64,000 bases of DNA from Clostridia bacterium (GTDB lineage: Bacteria > Bacillota > Clostridia > Christensenellales > CAAEEZ01), in assembly GCA_900755035.1 (NCBI GenBank), contig CAAEEZ010000016.1:172873-236872 (forward strand). Reading direction: 5' to 3'. Both the position numbers and the translations under genes were made by a program. Position 1 is the stretch's first letter; every line of letters starts with the position of its first letter. Of the stretch, positions 55,108 to 64,000 are shown piece after piece. Under the pieces are notes generated by a model. The model worked only from the letters and a program-made list of their open reading frames with translations, made no database searches and was not told the origin of the DNA.

Positions 55108-55119
55108 AAATCCGAACCA
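55108..55119. repeat. Direct repeat copy R (aaatccgaacca)
   Basis: Identical to 40716-40727. Confidence 0.5.
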
Positions 55120-55150
55120 CTCACTCGTAACGAATACTTGGTTCGGATTA
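55108..55150 (-). terminator. Hairpin downstream of tRNA-Leu
   Basis: aatccgaacca / tggttcggatt 11-bp stem with a 19-nt loop; only a short T-run follows on the minus strand. Confidence 0.4.
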
Positions 55151-55158
55151 TACTGACT

Positions 55159-55244
55159 TGGTGCGGATAACAGGACTTGAACCTGCACGACCTAGGGTCA
55201 TAAGATCCTGAATCTTACGCGTCTGCCTATTCCGCCATATCCGC
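55159..55244 (-). tRNA. tRNA-Leu (anticodon CAG)
   Basis: 86 nt; acceptor GCGGATA/TATCCGC, anticodon loop TTCAGGA, long variable arm (class II), T-loop GGTTCAAGTCC, encoded CCA. Confidence 0.9.
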
Positions 55245-55385
55245 ATAGCAGAATAATTTTATAATAGCATTAGGTTATTTGTCAAGGGAATACTATGGTT
55301 GGGGCGAAGGTGCGTTTGAAATAAAAGTTGGCGTAAGACGTTGCTAAACTTTGGTATTCGTGGTATTTTGTTATAAGGTGAGGAT

Positions 55386-56047
55386 ATGAATTGGTATGAA
55401 ATTGCGTTAATTGTTTTGGTAGTGTTAGTTGCGATAGTTGTTGTGGCGCTTGGCTTGACGGCTAAGGAAAGAAAGCGTAAAAAAGAGATTGCGAAAGCGA
55501 AAATGGAAAGTGGCAGTAAAGGGGAAGAAGTTACTGCCGACGTGTTGCAGGCGCTACAAGGCAAAAACTATTTGCTTAACGGATTGATAATAGAGTATTT
55601 GCCCGGAAAAACTAGCGAGATGGACCACGTTTTGGTTCGCAGGAACGGAGTATTTTGTATAGAAACGAAAGCGTGGGGTGGAAGGATTACGGGGAGTGAT
55701 AAGGACGAGTTTTGGCTAAGGCAAAGGGGCGGAAGTTTTGAAAAAATGAAAAACCCGTTAGTGCAGAACGCAGGACACGTGAGAACTCTTAAAAGGGTGC
55801 TTGGCGAACAAAATATAAAGTGCAAGATAGTACCCGTAATAGTGTTTGGAAAAATAATGCGGGTAGCGTGGACTGTGGAAACGTTGTAAACCTAAGAGAT
55901 TTAGATAGGTGGATAGCCGGGTACGACGACGGGACGTGCTACTCAAAACGCAAAATGAAAAAAATATATAAAACGTTAAAAAAGGCGTCGGGAAAAGTTA
56001 GCCACGCAAGGCACGTGAAAAATGTAAGGCGTAACGATAAAAAATAG
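55386..56047 (+). pseudogene. NERD-domain protein, split by an apparent 1-nt frameshift at an A5 run
   Basis: N-terminal TM plus NERD core (…MDHVLVRRNGVFCIETKAW…). The reading frame continues naturally (…IVFGK|NNAGSVDCGNVVNLRDLDRWI…) in the -1 frame after the A-run at 55850-55854. Confidence 0.65.
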
Positions 56048-56048
56048 G

Positions 56049-56110
56049 GCGGTTAAAGAGAGTTTTTATTTTGTAATATAGGCGTAAAGCATAAACGTAG
56101 TAATGAAGTG
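56049..56110. repeat. Intergenic repeat element, copy B
   Basis: cggttaaagagagttttta is identical to 6540-6558, followed by similar blocks. Confidence 0.6.
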
Positions 56111-56121
56111 TAAAAGTAAAT

Positions 56122-56150
56122 GAAAACGCTACTAAACAGTAGCGTTTTTG
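56122..56150. terminator. Bidirectional terminator between convergent genes
   Basis: aacgctact/agtagcgtt stem with A/T runs on both sides. Confidence 0.7.
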
Positions 56151-56197
56151 AATTATACGGTATATTGTTTTGTATAAATATTCGGTTTGCGGATAGG

Positions 56198-57865
56198 TTA
56201 AAGCGTTTCGATTTTCGGTTCGATTTTTTGCGATCCCGTTGGGTTAAGTACGCTGTAACCTACGTTGATTAAGTGGTCGGCAATTCTTTCAAGCCCTGAT
56301 ATAGTCGAGAAGAAGTAAGCGCCTACTTCCACTTGACAATCACCCGTAGCCAGCCTATTAAAGTGCGAAGCGGTATAATCTTTTTTCATTAAGTCCACTT
56401 TTTTTTCTAATTCGGTAAGGCGCGCTAGTTTAGTCGTGTTGCGAGTGGTGAATACGTTTAACGCTATGTCGAACATCTCGGTGGTTTTCTCCACCATATT
56501 TTTTATTTCGTTTTGTGCCGTTTCAGAGAATTGCAAGCCTGCTTCTTTCATTTGAGCGCCTATCTCGTAGAAGTTTTCGGCGTGGTCGCCCAGCCTTTCT
56601 ACGTCGTTAATTACGTGGAAGAATCCTGCCACTCTGGTTTCTTCGCTAGCTTCAAGGTTTGGCGAAAGTTTAATTAAGTATTTGGTGATAGCGTTGTTAG
56701 AAAAGTCGATATTTTCTTCGGTTTTTAGTATTTCGTCCTTTTTGGAATCGTCTTGCGAGGTTAGCACAACGTAGGATTTTTCTAGGTTTTGCTTGCTAAG
56801 CGACGCCATATATTCAATTTCTTTCTGGACTTGCATCAAAGCGATAGCAGGGGTGGAAAGTAGTAGCTCGTCGATAAATTTTAGTTTTGGAGCATCCTTG
56901 TCTTTTGCCTTTACTTTTTTGTCTTTTATAACGAACGTTGCGAATTTAACCAAATATTTTATAAAAGGCAATAATAAGATTGTAGTTGTTACGTTGAATA
57001 TTACGTGGAACCAAGCAATTTGCATTTGCGTGTTGGATATGCCTGCAAGCGCATTTACGATAGGTTTTGTAAATATCCATAGAATTATGGTAAAAATTAT
57101 CGTACCTATTACGTTAAACATTAGGTGGATAAACGCAGTACGCTTAGCGTTGGTGCTTGCGCCAATCGATGCAAGTATAGCAGTTATGCACGTACCAATG
57201 TTAGAGCCTAGTACTATAAACAGCGCGTTTTCAACGGGGATAACGCCTTGACCAACCATAATGATTATTAGTCCCGTTGCCGCCGAAGAACTTTGAATTA
57301 GAGCTGTAAACAGCGCGCCTACTAGTATAAGTAATAGAGGGAAATTGATTGATGCTAATAAATCTTCGAAAAAGTTTTTTATTTCAGCATTGTTGAATGC
57401 CCCACTCATAGCGTCTAGTCCAACGAATAGTAGTCCAAGTCCACACAGTGTAGAGCCTATGATTTTTACTTTTTCTTTTTTAATAAAAGTCATCATAACG
57501 CCTATAAAGGCAAGGACAGATGCGTATAACGATACGTCGAAAGCAGAAAGTGAAACGATAAGTCCGGTAACGGTTGTGCCTATGTTTGCTCCCATAATTA
57601 TTGCAGTTGCTTGCATAAGCGTCATAATGCCTGCGTTTACAAAGCCGATTACCATTACGCTAGTTGCCGACGAACTTTGTATTATTGCGGTAACTGCCAT
57701 ACCTACGCCAACGCCTGCAAAACGGTTGTTGCTTAGTTTTCCTAGCAGTTTTTTCATACCGCCACCGGCGCTACGCTCCAAGCCGTCGCTCATCATATTC
57801 ATACCGGCAATAAATACGCCACAACCGGCAAGTAACGTCAAAATACTAAAAACAATATTATTCAT
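56198..57865 (-). CDS. Na/Pi-cotransporter family protein with PhoU-like C-terminal domain
   Basis: 555 aa; duplicated QSSSAT / QSSSAA motifs in the membrane domain, cytosolic PhoU-like helical repeats (…ERLGDHAEN…, …ERIADHLIN…). Confidence 0.85.
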   Translation of the reverse strand: MNNIVFSILTLLAGCGVFIAGMNMMSDGLERSAGGGMKKLLGKLSNNRFAGVGVGMAVTAIIQSSSATSVMVIGFVNAGIMTLMQATAIIMGANIGTTVTGLIVSLSAFDVSLYASVLAFIGVMMTFIKKEKVKIIGSTLCGLGLLFVGLDAMSGAFNNAEIKNFFEDLLASINFPLLLILVGALFTALIQSSSAATGLIIIMVGQGVIPVENALFIVLGSNIGTCITAILASIGASTNAKRTAFIHLMFNVIGTIIFTIILWIFTKPIVNALAGISNTQMQIAWFHVIFNVTTTILLLPFIKYLVKFATFVIKDKKVKAKDKDAPKLKFIDELLLSTPAIALMQVQKEIEYMASLSKQNLEKSYVVLTSQDDSKKDEILKTEENIDFSNNAITKYLIKLSPNLEASEETRVAGFFHVINDVERLGDHAENFYEIGAQMKEAGLQFSETAQNEIKNMVEKTTEMFDIALNVFTTRNTTKLARLTELEKKVDLMKKDYTASHFNRLATGDCQVEVGAYFFSTISGLERIADHLINVGYSVLNPTGSQKIEPKIETL

Positions 57866-58492
57866 AACCTCTTAAATTCCTTATTTTTTATCGTAAGTAT
57901 AACAAAAGAAATGTAAAGAAAAGGTAAAATTTTGCGTATTTTGCAAAATCTTCGTATTTAATTTGTAAAATATTCGTTTGGTAAAACGATGTTGAATTGC
58001 TAAAACAAATACGGAAAATAATATTAAATTAAAATTAAATATTAAAAATAGTATCATAAATGATACAACTACGTGTTGACATTAAAAAATCTAAGGTGTT
58101 TAATTTAATAAACGCAATTAATAAATTGACAAACAAGATATAGTTGATATATAATAAACCCGAACAAATACATAATACATAAACTTACTGTTACGTTTAG
58201 GGGTAATAAGTATGCTAAATATGAATTGTTTCGAAAAAAAATATAAAATAGACGTAACAAAATAGAAAATAAATACAAAATAACGTGAAATTAATAAAAA
58301 TATAAATTTTGTAAAAAATACAAAAATTTGAAATTGGCACAAAAAAATAGAGAACATTGTTTACAATAGTTTACTCGCGCGATTATATAGTGATATTATA
58401 AATAATAATAAAACATCAAAATTATGAAATGTTAATTTAATATTGCTAAATCACCGTGTGAGTGAAAGATAAATAAAATAGGTGATGATAAA

Positions 58493-61400
58493 ATGGTAAA
58501 ACGAAAAATGAAAACGAAAAATGTTAAAAATAAAAATGTGTTGGCTATTGTTGCAATCATAACGATAATGCTACTTACTTTCGTCGCGTGCGATTCGCCA
58601 CAAACGACCGAACCAAATTTTCAACAATTCGAGATTAAATTTTACTTAAATGAAAGCGACGAAACGCCTTATGCTACGCTAAAAGTAGACAAAAAGGATT
58701 TTGATTTTGAGTCATATTTACCAGCTGAACCATCAAAACCTAGTACGGAGGCAGGACGATATGAATTTTTGGGTTGGTTTTATAGTGATGGAAGTATTTT
58801 TGATTTTAACAAAATCGCTAAAAATGAAGACGTTAACGTATATGCCAAATTTAGTTTTGTAAAGAATAGTTTCACGGTTATGTTCCAAGATGATGATGGA
58901 ACGCCTATAAAAGTTAACGGCAAGACGACGCAGGAAGTAAATTACGGGGATGCCGCAATAGAGCCTAAGAAACCGACGAAGGAAGGCTACACATTTGCGG
59001 GGTGGGACAAAGATTTTACAAACATAACTGAAAACGTAACTATAAAAGCGACCTATACGGTGAACGAGTATACGATTACTTACAAGTCGCTAGGCGAAGT
59101 GATATCTACTAGCAAGGCGCAGTTTGGCGCATCTATTAGCGATACAACGCCTGAGATTTCAGAAAAAGGGCTAACTTTCGTAGGCTTTTTTGACGAAAAC
59201 GGCGAGCAAAAAACTAATATGCAGGCAAGGGATATTACGCTGGTTGCGAAATGGAAAATTCAAGAAATAAGCAAAATAGAATTAACGCAAAACGTAGACA
59301 GGGTCGTTTACGGAGATGCTTTGCCTGAGTATACGTTGAAGTTCGAAAAGGTTAAAAATTCTAAAATTACCTACAAGGTAGAGTGGCTAATAAACGGAGA
59401 AAAGGTAGAGGGCGAAGGAAATACTTTCGTTCCGCAAAATAAAAACGCGGGCAAATACGACGTTAAAGCGAAGATTATTGCGTCCGTAGAGGGGCTAGAA
59501 AGTGTGGGGGCGTATTCAAGTTCGCTTGCTTATTACGTAAATAAAGCAACGCTTACCATAAACGTAAGTTCTGCAACGATTATCTACGGCGACGATTTAC
59601 CGAGGTTTACTTATACAATAGAAGGTTATAAGTACGGCGAGAACGAAAGCGTACTTGCAGGGGCGTTTAGCGTAAAAACCGATTATAAAAAAGGCCTGGG
59701 CGTAGGCAATTATATAGTAAATGGCGAAGGATTACTTGCTAGCAACTACGAGTTAAGGTACAATAGCGCAACGCTTACGGTAAACAAAAAACCACTTGAC
59801 GTAACGATAGATTCCCAAAGCGTAACGTATGGCGACGATTTAGCAGATATTACATACGTAGTAAACGGGCTTATTGACGGAGATAGCAAGCAGGAATTAG
59901 GGGTAGCAGAGTTTGAAACCGAGTATAAACGTTACGACGGCGTAGGTACGTACTCGTTAAAGTTCAAACAAGGCTTTGCTTTTAACGGTGCAAAAGCGGT
60001 AAACTGTGAAATTACTCTAAAAAACGGTATCGTTACAGTTGAAAAGCGTGAAGTAGAAGTAACTATAAACAAGGTAGGTAATATTGAGTATTTAGGCGAA
60101 AAACCTATGTTTAGCATATCGTCAAACGGTCTAGTTAGCGGCGATACGATTAGTAATTTGGGCGTAGTGGAAATTACCACCGATTACACGCCAGGCGCTG
60201 ACGTTGGCGAGTACGAAGTCGTAGCAACGTTTACCAAGGAAGGTAATAATTACAAGCCGATAGTAAAGAGTAACGAAAGATTTAGCGTACTACCAAAGAG
60301 CGTTAATTTTACGGGTAGTGCAGAAAAGGATAACGAAACCGATACGACGTTGTGGTCTGGCGATATGGCAAGTTACGTAAAATTACCGAGTGGATACGTA
60401 ATTGACGGAACTTTGCAAATATACACGAACGAAACGGGTGAATACACCGTAAAAGGCTCGCTAACCGATAAATTTACGGCAAATTACGTAATTAAAAAGG
60501 ACGGCGTAGATAAAACGAAAAACTTTAATATCGTTTATGATTTTAAGTTGTCGATAGGTAAACTTATCAGTGTGAAAGTAGACGCTTTCGTTGGTGATTA
60601 CGACGGACAATCACACGGCAGTGAAGTAGTAGTTACGGCAGACGGTATGCAAAACGTAATTGTAGAGTACAGCGAAGACAACGCTAAGTGGCAAGAAACT
60701 TCGCCGATGTACGTGGATTCGGGCGAGTACTTAGTATATTATAGGCTACTGCAAGACGGCAAAGTGATTCAAACGAATAGTTACAAGATAGTAATAAATA
60801 AAATAAGCAATACGATTAGTTTTTCGGCTGACGAATATACTTATAACGGCAAGGAGCAAACGATTTCGGGCAACGTCGTAGCAAACGAAAACCCTATCGT
60901 TAGGTACGAAAACAACAAGTTTACCGACGTACCAACGAGTGGCAAAACGACTATTACCGTAATAGTAGAGGAAACGAAAAACTACAAGCAAACGGTCAAG
61001 AATTTTGAAGTAAAAATTAACAAGGCAAACTACGACAATTTGGTTTTGGATACGTTCGAGGTGTTCGTTGAGCCAAACAAGACGCTTAAAGATAGCAAAG
61101 CGCCAAAATTCGTTACCTTTGTAGACGACTCTTACGTTCCCGTTCTTGGCGAGCAACAAGTAAGCGTAGTATACCTTGACGACGAAATGAACTATAATCC
61201 ACTTACTACAACGCTTACGGTTGTGGGCAAAAAAACTCAAATAGAAATAGTTTCCGGCGACTACGAAATAAATTACGGCGAACAGTTAACGGTGGAAGTA
61301 ACGTACAAAAAAGACGGCGAATCGTTTAATTACGACGGACTAAGCGTTGCGCCTAGCAGAACTACTTTCGACGTAGGTAGTACGTATATAGTTACGCTTA

Positions 61401-62908
61401 ACCTTAAAGAGAACGATTATTACGACGCTACCGAGAAAGAAGTGGTGGTAAAAGTTAAGTCGGTAAGTTACAACGGCGTGCTATACACCATAGAAAACGC
61501 ACTAAAATTAAATACTGCAAAAACAGGCACTGCAACCGTAAACGACTATTTAATAATCACGGCAAATACGTCTTTTGCAACTAGCGAAGTTAAGGCAAAA
61601 CGCCCAGACGTATATTTTGGAGAACAATATTATACTTTGTCTGAGAACGAGTATTTGCTAGTACCGTTTAGTTCGGCGCACGAAATTAAAGCAGATATTG
61701 TAGAACAAGCAATAGCAGGAACGTCAAAAAATTCTGCTTACGTAACTTTAACTTTGCCTAGTGGAACAAGCGTTGAAAGTTACGGACATATATTAGTAAA
61801 TGCTGTTAGAGCAGGTGGCGCAGGTGTGTCGGGTAATCCAAGTGGAAATAAGTACGGTGCAATTCAAATACGTGACAACGCAACGCTAACCATAAACGGC
61901 GGAGTATTTGAAACGCTGGGTTTTGTCCATGGTCAAGGAAAGGTTGTTGTAAAAAGTGGAAACGTGTATGAAACGATGAGTTTGCTTAATTTTAAGGGTG
62001 GCTCTGTAACGTTCAAGATATATAAGGATATTTTCCCGGTAAATCAGTTTACATTATCAAACATTATGGTTGATATGGAGATTTGCCAAGGTGTAAATTA
62101 TTTTGCAAAAGCATATATATATGCTCGTATGGAAGTCCAAAGCGACGTAAAATTCATTGGATCAACAAAAGAAGAGTTTATCCAATTAAAAAGTGGAAAA
62201 ATTATTAAAACGTTTGACGAAACCATGGGAAAAATGACGCTTAATATGTATGGTAATATTCAATTAAACGATATGGCTATAAGTATGCCAGGAATATTCG
62301 GCCAGATAGAAGTAAGTACTAATGGTAAACAAGTTCCGTTGTCTGGTTACGTAGATATCGTTGCAAAGACGGGTAGTATAATAGATATCGGCGTAGGTAT
62401 AAAACTGTTGCCAGGTGCTGAGTTTACTATTGAAAAAGGAGCAACCGTAAACCTAAATAAAGGTGGAAATCTATTTGTATATTCTAATGATGAAAATATG
62501 AAGTTAGATAAATCGAGTAACCCTAAAAATACGCCGATTTTCGAAGGATTCCAAGACGGTCAGTGGCAATATCCTGTAACAAGCCAAGATGCATGGTTTA
62601 ACAATATAACAGTAACCTTCACAAGCAAGACACCTGCCGTTATTATTGTGGAAGGAACGCTTAACGTAAAAAGTGGTTCTGCTATTGCAGGTACGTTAAC
62701 TGCAAAGGAAGGCGGAAACGTAATAGTTGAGGACGGAGCAAATTTAACGCATAGCATAAAGGAAGATTTTACGCTTTCTAGTGGGCTTGGAACGACGAAA
62801 AACTTCTTTACTTCGACAAGCAGTGCAAGTGGCTTGATAGGTGGCGTACTTACAAAATTTGAAGTAGGCACGTATACGGGAACAAAAGAAGGCTGGGTAA
62901 AAGGATAA
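58493..62908 (+). CDS. 1471-aa surface lipoprotein: InlB-B/Flg_new repeats, MBG-type repeats, C-terminal beta-helix-like domain
   Basis: Lipobox TFVAC (Cys33); three …GYxFxGW… repeats; four …YGDxLP…Y… MBG-like repeats; G/N/V-rich C-terminal 450 aa. Confidence 0.8.
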   Translation: MVKRKMKTKNVKNKNVLAIVAIITIMLLTFVACDSPQTTEPNFQQFEIKFYLNESDETPYATLKVDKKDFDFESYLPAEPSKPSTEAGRYEFLGWFYSDGSIFDFNKIAKNEDVNVYAKFSFVKNSFTVMFQDDDGTPIKVNGKTTQEVNYGDAAIEPKKPTKEGYTFAGWDKDFTNITENVTIKATYTVNEYTITYKSLGEVISTSKAQFGASISDTTPEISEKGLTFVGFFDENGEQKTNMQARDITLVAKWKIQEISKIELTQNVDRVVYGDALPEYTLKFEKVKNSKITYKVEWLINGEKVEGEGNTFVPQNKNAGKYDVKAKIIASVEGLESVGAYSSSLAYYVNKATLTINVSSATIIYGDDLPRFTYTIEGYKYGENESVLAGAFSVKTDYKKGLGVGNYIVNGEGLLASNYELRYNSATLTVNKKPLDVTIDSQSVTYGDDLADITYVVNGLIDGDSKQELGVAEFETEYKRYDGVGTYSLKFKQGFAFNGAKAVNCEITLKNGIVTVEKREVEVTINKVGNIEYLGEKPMFSISSNGLVSGDTISNLGVVEITTDYTPGADVGEYEVVATFTKEGNNYKPIVKSNERFSVLPKSVNFTGSAEKDNETDTTLWSGDMASYVKLPSGYVIDGTLQIYTNETGEYTVKGSLTDKFTANYVIKKDGVDKTKNFNIVYDFKLSIGKLISVKVDAFVGDYDGQSHGSEVVVTADGMQNVIVEYSEDNAKWQETSPMYVDSGEYLVYYRLLQDGKVIQTNSYKIVINKISNTISFSADEYTYNGKEQTISGNVVANENPIVRYENNKFTDVPTSGKTTITVIVEETKNYKQTVKNFEVKINKANYDNLVLDTFEVFVEPNKTLKDSKAPKFVTFVDDSYVPVLGEQQVSVVYLDDEMNYNPLTTTLTVVGKKTQIEIVSGDYEINYGEQLTVEVTYKKDGESFNYDGLSVAPSRTTFDVGSTYIVTLNLKENDYYDATEKEVVVKVKSVSYNGVLYTIENALKLNTAKTGTATVNDYLIITANTSFATSEVKAKRPDVYFGEQYYTLSENEYLLVPFSSAHEIKADIVEQAIAGTSKNSAYVTLTLPSGTSVESYGHILVNAVRAGGAGVSGNPSGNKYGAIQIRDNATLTINGGVFETLGFVHGQGKVVVKSGNVYETMSLLNFKGGSVTFKIYKDIFPVNQFTLSNIMVDMEICQGVNYFAKAYIYARMEVQSDVKFIGSTKEEFIQLKSGKIIKTFDETMGKMTLNMYGNIQLNDMAISMPGIFGQIEVSTNGKQVPLSGYVDIVAKTGSIIDIGVGIKLLPGAEFTIEKGATVNLNKGGNLFVYSNDENMKLDKSSNPKNTPIFEGFQDGQWQYPVTSQDAWFNNITVTFTSKTPAVIIVEGTLNVKSGSAIAGTLTAKEGGNVIVEDGANLTHSIKEDFTLSSGLGTTKNFFTSTSSASGLIGGVLTKFEVGTYTGTKEGWVKG
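59267..60292 (+). repeat. Four tandem MBG-like domain repeats (protein level) inside the lipoprotein gene
   Basis: Recurrent V(V/T/I)YGD(A/D)LP…Y…G…D…LG…Y…V blocks about 80-90 aa apart. Confidence 0.6.
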
Positions 62909-62909
62909 T

Positions 62910-63626
62910 ATGGAAGTATTAAAGGTAGAAGAACTAAAAAAGAGATATTCTAAAAAGTCGGATCTTGTAGTAAAAGGCGTGTCTTTATCCTGTGGCGAAG
63001 GGGAAATAGTAGGCTTGCTTGGGCATAACGGCGCAGGCAAATCTACCGTGATTAAATGTATAGAAGGCGTATTGCCGTTTGAATCGGGCAGTATATCTAT
63101 ACTAGGCAAGGATATAAAGAAAGACCCCGTAAACGCAAAAAAGAATATGGGATTCGTTACCGATAATCACGCCGTATTTACGGCTATGACGGGCGTGGAA
63201 TACATAAATTTTTTGGCGGATATATACGGTATGTCTACCGAGGATAGAAAGGCAAGACTAAGTAAATTGCAAGAGGTATTTAGGCTTGGCGACCCGATAT
63301 ATAACCTAATATCTTCTTACTCGCACGGAATGAAACAAAAAATATCTATGATTGGCTCGCTAATACATCAACCTAAATTATGGATACTTGACGAGCCTAT
63401 GCTAGGCTTAGACCCTATTGCTATGAACGCCGTTATTGATTATATGAGAGATTACGCAAGCCAGGGCAACGGCATAGTATTTTCGTCGCACAATCTAAGT
63501 ACCGTACAAAAGTTGTGTGATAGGGTAGTGATAATAAAAAAAGGTACGGTAGTGTTGAACATAAATCTGGCTGATGCAGAAAAAGAAGGAAAGAATATAG
63601 AGGAAATATTCTTAAATGAATACTAA
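62910..63626 (+). CDS. ABC transporter ATP-binding protein
   Basis: GHNGAGKST, YSHGMKQK (signature-like), WILDEP; starts 1 nt after the lipoprotein stop. Confidence 0.9.
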   Translation: MEVLKVEELKKRYSKKSDLVVKGVSLSCGEGEIVGLLGHNGAGKSTVIKCIEGVLPFESGSISILGKDIKKDPVNAKKNMGFVTDNHAVFTAMTGVEYINFLADIYGMSTEDRKARLSKLQEVFRLGDPIYNLISSYSHGMKQKISMIGSLIHQPKLWILDEPMLGLDPIAMNAVIDYMRDYASQGNGIVFSSHNLSTVQKLCDRVVIIKKGTVVLNINLADAEKEGKNIEEIFLNEY

Positions 63627-64000
63627 GAGAGAAAAAATTAAGCTGAATTTAAGGCTGATTAAAGTACTACTGAAAAAGCAAGGCACGGAGTTTTGTAACA
63701 AGGTGAAATCCCAAAAAAACGACGTGCTTGGTATTTTATTAAAAATTTTAATCTTTGCTGGTTTTATTGCGGTATTTGCTAGCGTTTTTAATAGGTTCAG
63801 CGACGTATATCTAAACGTAAAACTTTTCGGCAAAACTGATTACGGGCAAAGGGCGCACGAAATGCTGACTATTTTGTACGGCGTTATTTTCGTTATTATG
63901 ATTGTTAGCGGGGTAGTGCAAATTGACAAATCGCTGTTTAGGGGCGACGAAAATTTGCTATATTCGGCTATGCCTATACCCGATATTAGTTTGTATTTTT
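63616..64000 (+). CDS. Putative ABC transporter permease (partial, runs off the window)
   Basis: The ATG at 63616 overlaps the ATPase gene by 11 nt. The frame stays open to the window end and encodes hydrophobic segments (ILLKILIFAGFIAVFASVF, LTILYGVIFVIMIVSGVV). It is missing from the ORF track because it has no stop. Confidence 0.6.
   Translation, partial: MNTKREKIKLNLRLIKVLLKKQGTEFCNKVKSQKNDVLGILLKILIFAGFIAVFASVFNRFSDVYLNVKLFGKTDYGQRAHEMLTILYGVIFVIMIVSGVVQIDKSLFRGDENLLYSAMPIPDISLYF

Larger units (their letters stand above)
35900..55158. mobile_element. Composite accessory/genomic island next to tRNA-Leu(CAG)
   Basis: Gene content switches to R-M, nucleases, orphan proteins, two recombinases and a relaxase. 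Composition is visibly more AT-rich over 36-51.4 kb and visibly GC-richer over 52.4-55.1 kb than the flanks. Strand bias flips to minus. The right edge abuts a tRNA. Confidence 0.75.

Noticed and set aside
56793-57875. Plus-strand ORFs of 152 and 176 aa overlapping the Na/Pi cotransporter gene
   Set aside because: They are antisense shadows of a well-supported minus-strand gene, and their composition mirrors membrane-protein codons.
58118-58357. 79-aa minus-strand ORF in the 627-bp AT-rich intergenic region
   Set aside because: The product is F/I/Y-rich as expected from random AT-rich DNA. It has no SD and lies in a divergent promoter region.
1-64000. Search for CRISPR arrays, rRNA genes, IS transposases and prophage structural genes
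   Set aside because: No regularly spaced direct repeats, no rRNA-like conserved blocks, no DDE transposase motifs and no capsid, terminase or tail genes were seen. The only RNA gene found is tRNA-Leu.

Overview
Low-GC Bacillota (Clostridia-like) chromosomal window in three parts. (1) 1-35.8 kb holds mostly plus-strand housekeeping and metabolic genes: HAD phosphatases, YqeY, RidA, LMW-PTP, adhE behind two Rex-type boxes, two UDG-superfamily glycosylases, mgsA, feoAB and PNP. It also holds a cobalamin-riboswitch-controlled operon (small HNH-repeat protein, beta-propeller lipoprotein, DUF4430 protein, dedicated ECF transporter T/AA'/S). A ROK-linked N-acetylhexosamine/glycan cluster follows (GPH symporter, frameshifted M20 peptidase, GH20, GNAT, domain-permuted GH3). 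(2) 35.9-55.16 kb is a compositionally foreign accessory island abutting tRNA-Leu(CAG). It starts with a Type III R-M whose Mod carries D-I-L-Y in place of DPPY. A minus-strand block follows: a large serine recombinase, a DUF4238-like / PLD-nuclease / XRE / DUF4238 operon, and a translationally coupled three-gene operon. That operon encodes an Hsp70-like ATPase with an extra N-domain, a zinc-ribbon GrpE-like protein, and a 609-aa helical protein with a Cys-rich tail; it is my top candidate for an undescribed system. Next come an inverted-repeat-flanked promoter segment beside a tyrosine recombinase (possible inverton) and a visibly GC-richer MobV relaxase module. (3) 55.2-64 kb holds a frameshifted NERD gene, a Na/Pi cotransporter, and a 1471-aa repeat-rich lipoprotein coupled to an ABC transporter. 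No rRNA, CRISPR array or IS transposase was seen. All family calls come from motif reading by eye; no database search was possible.
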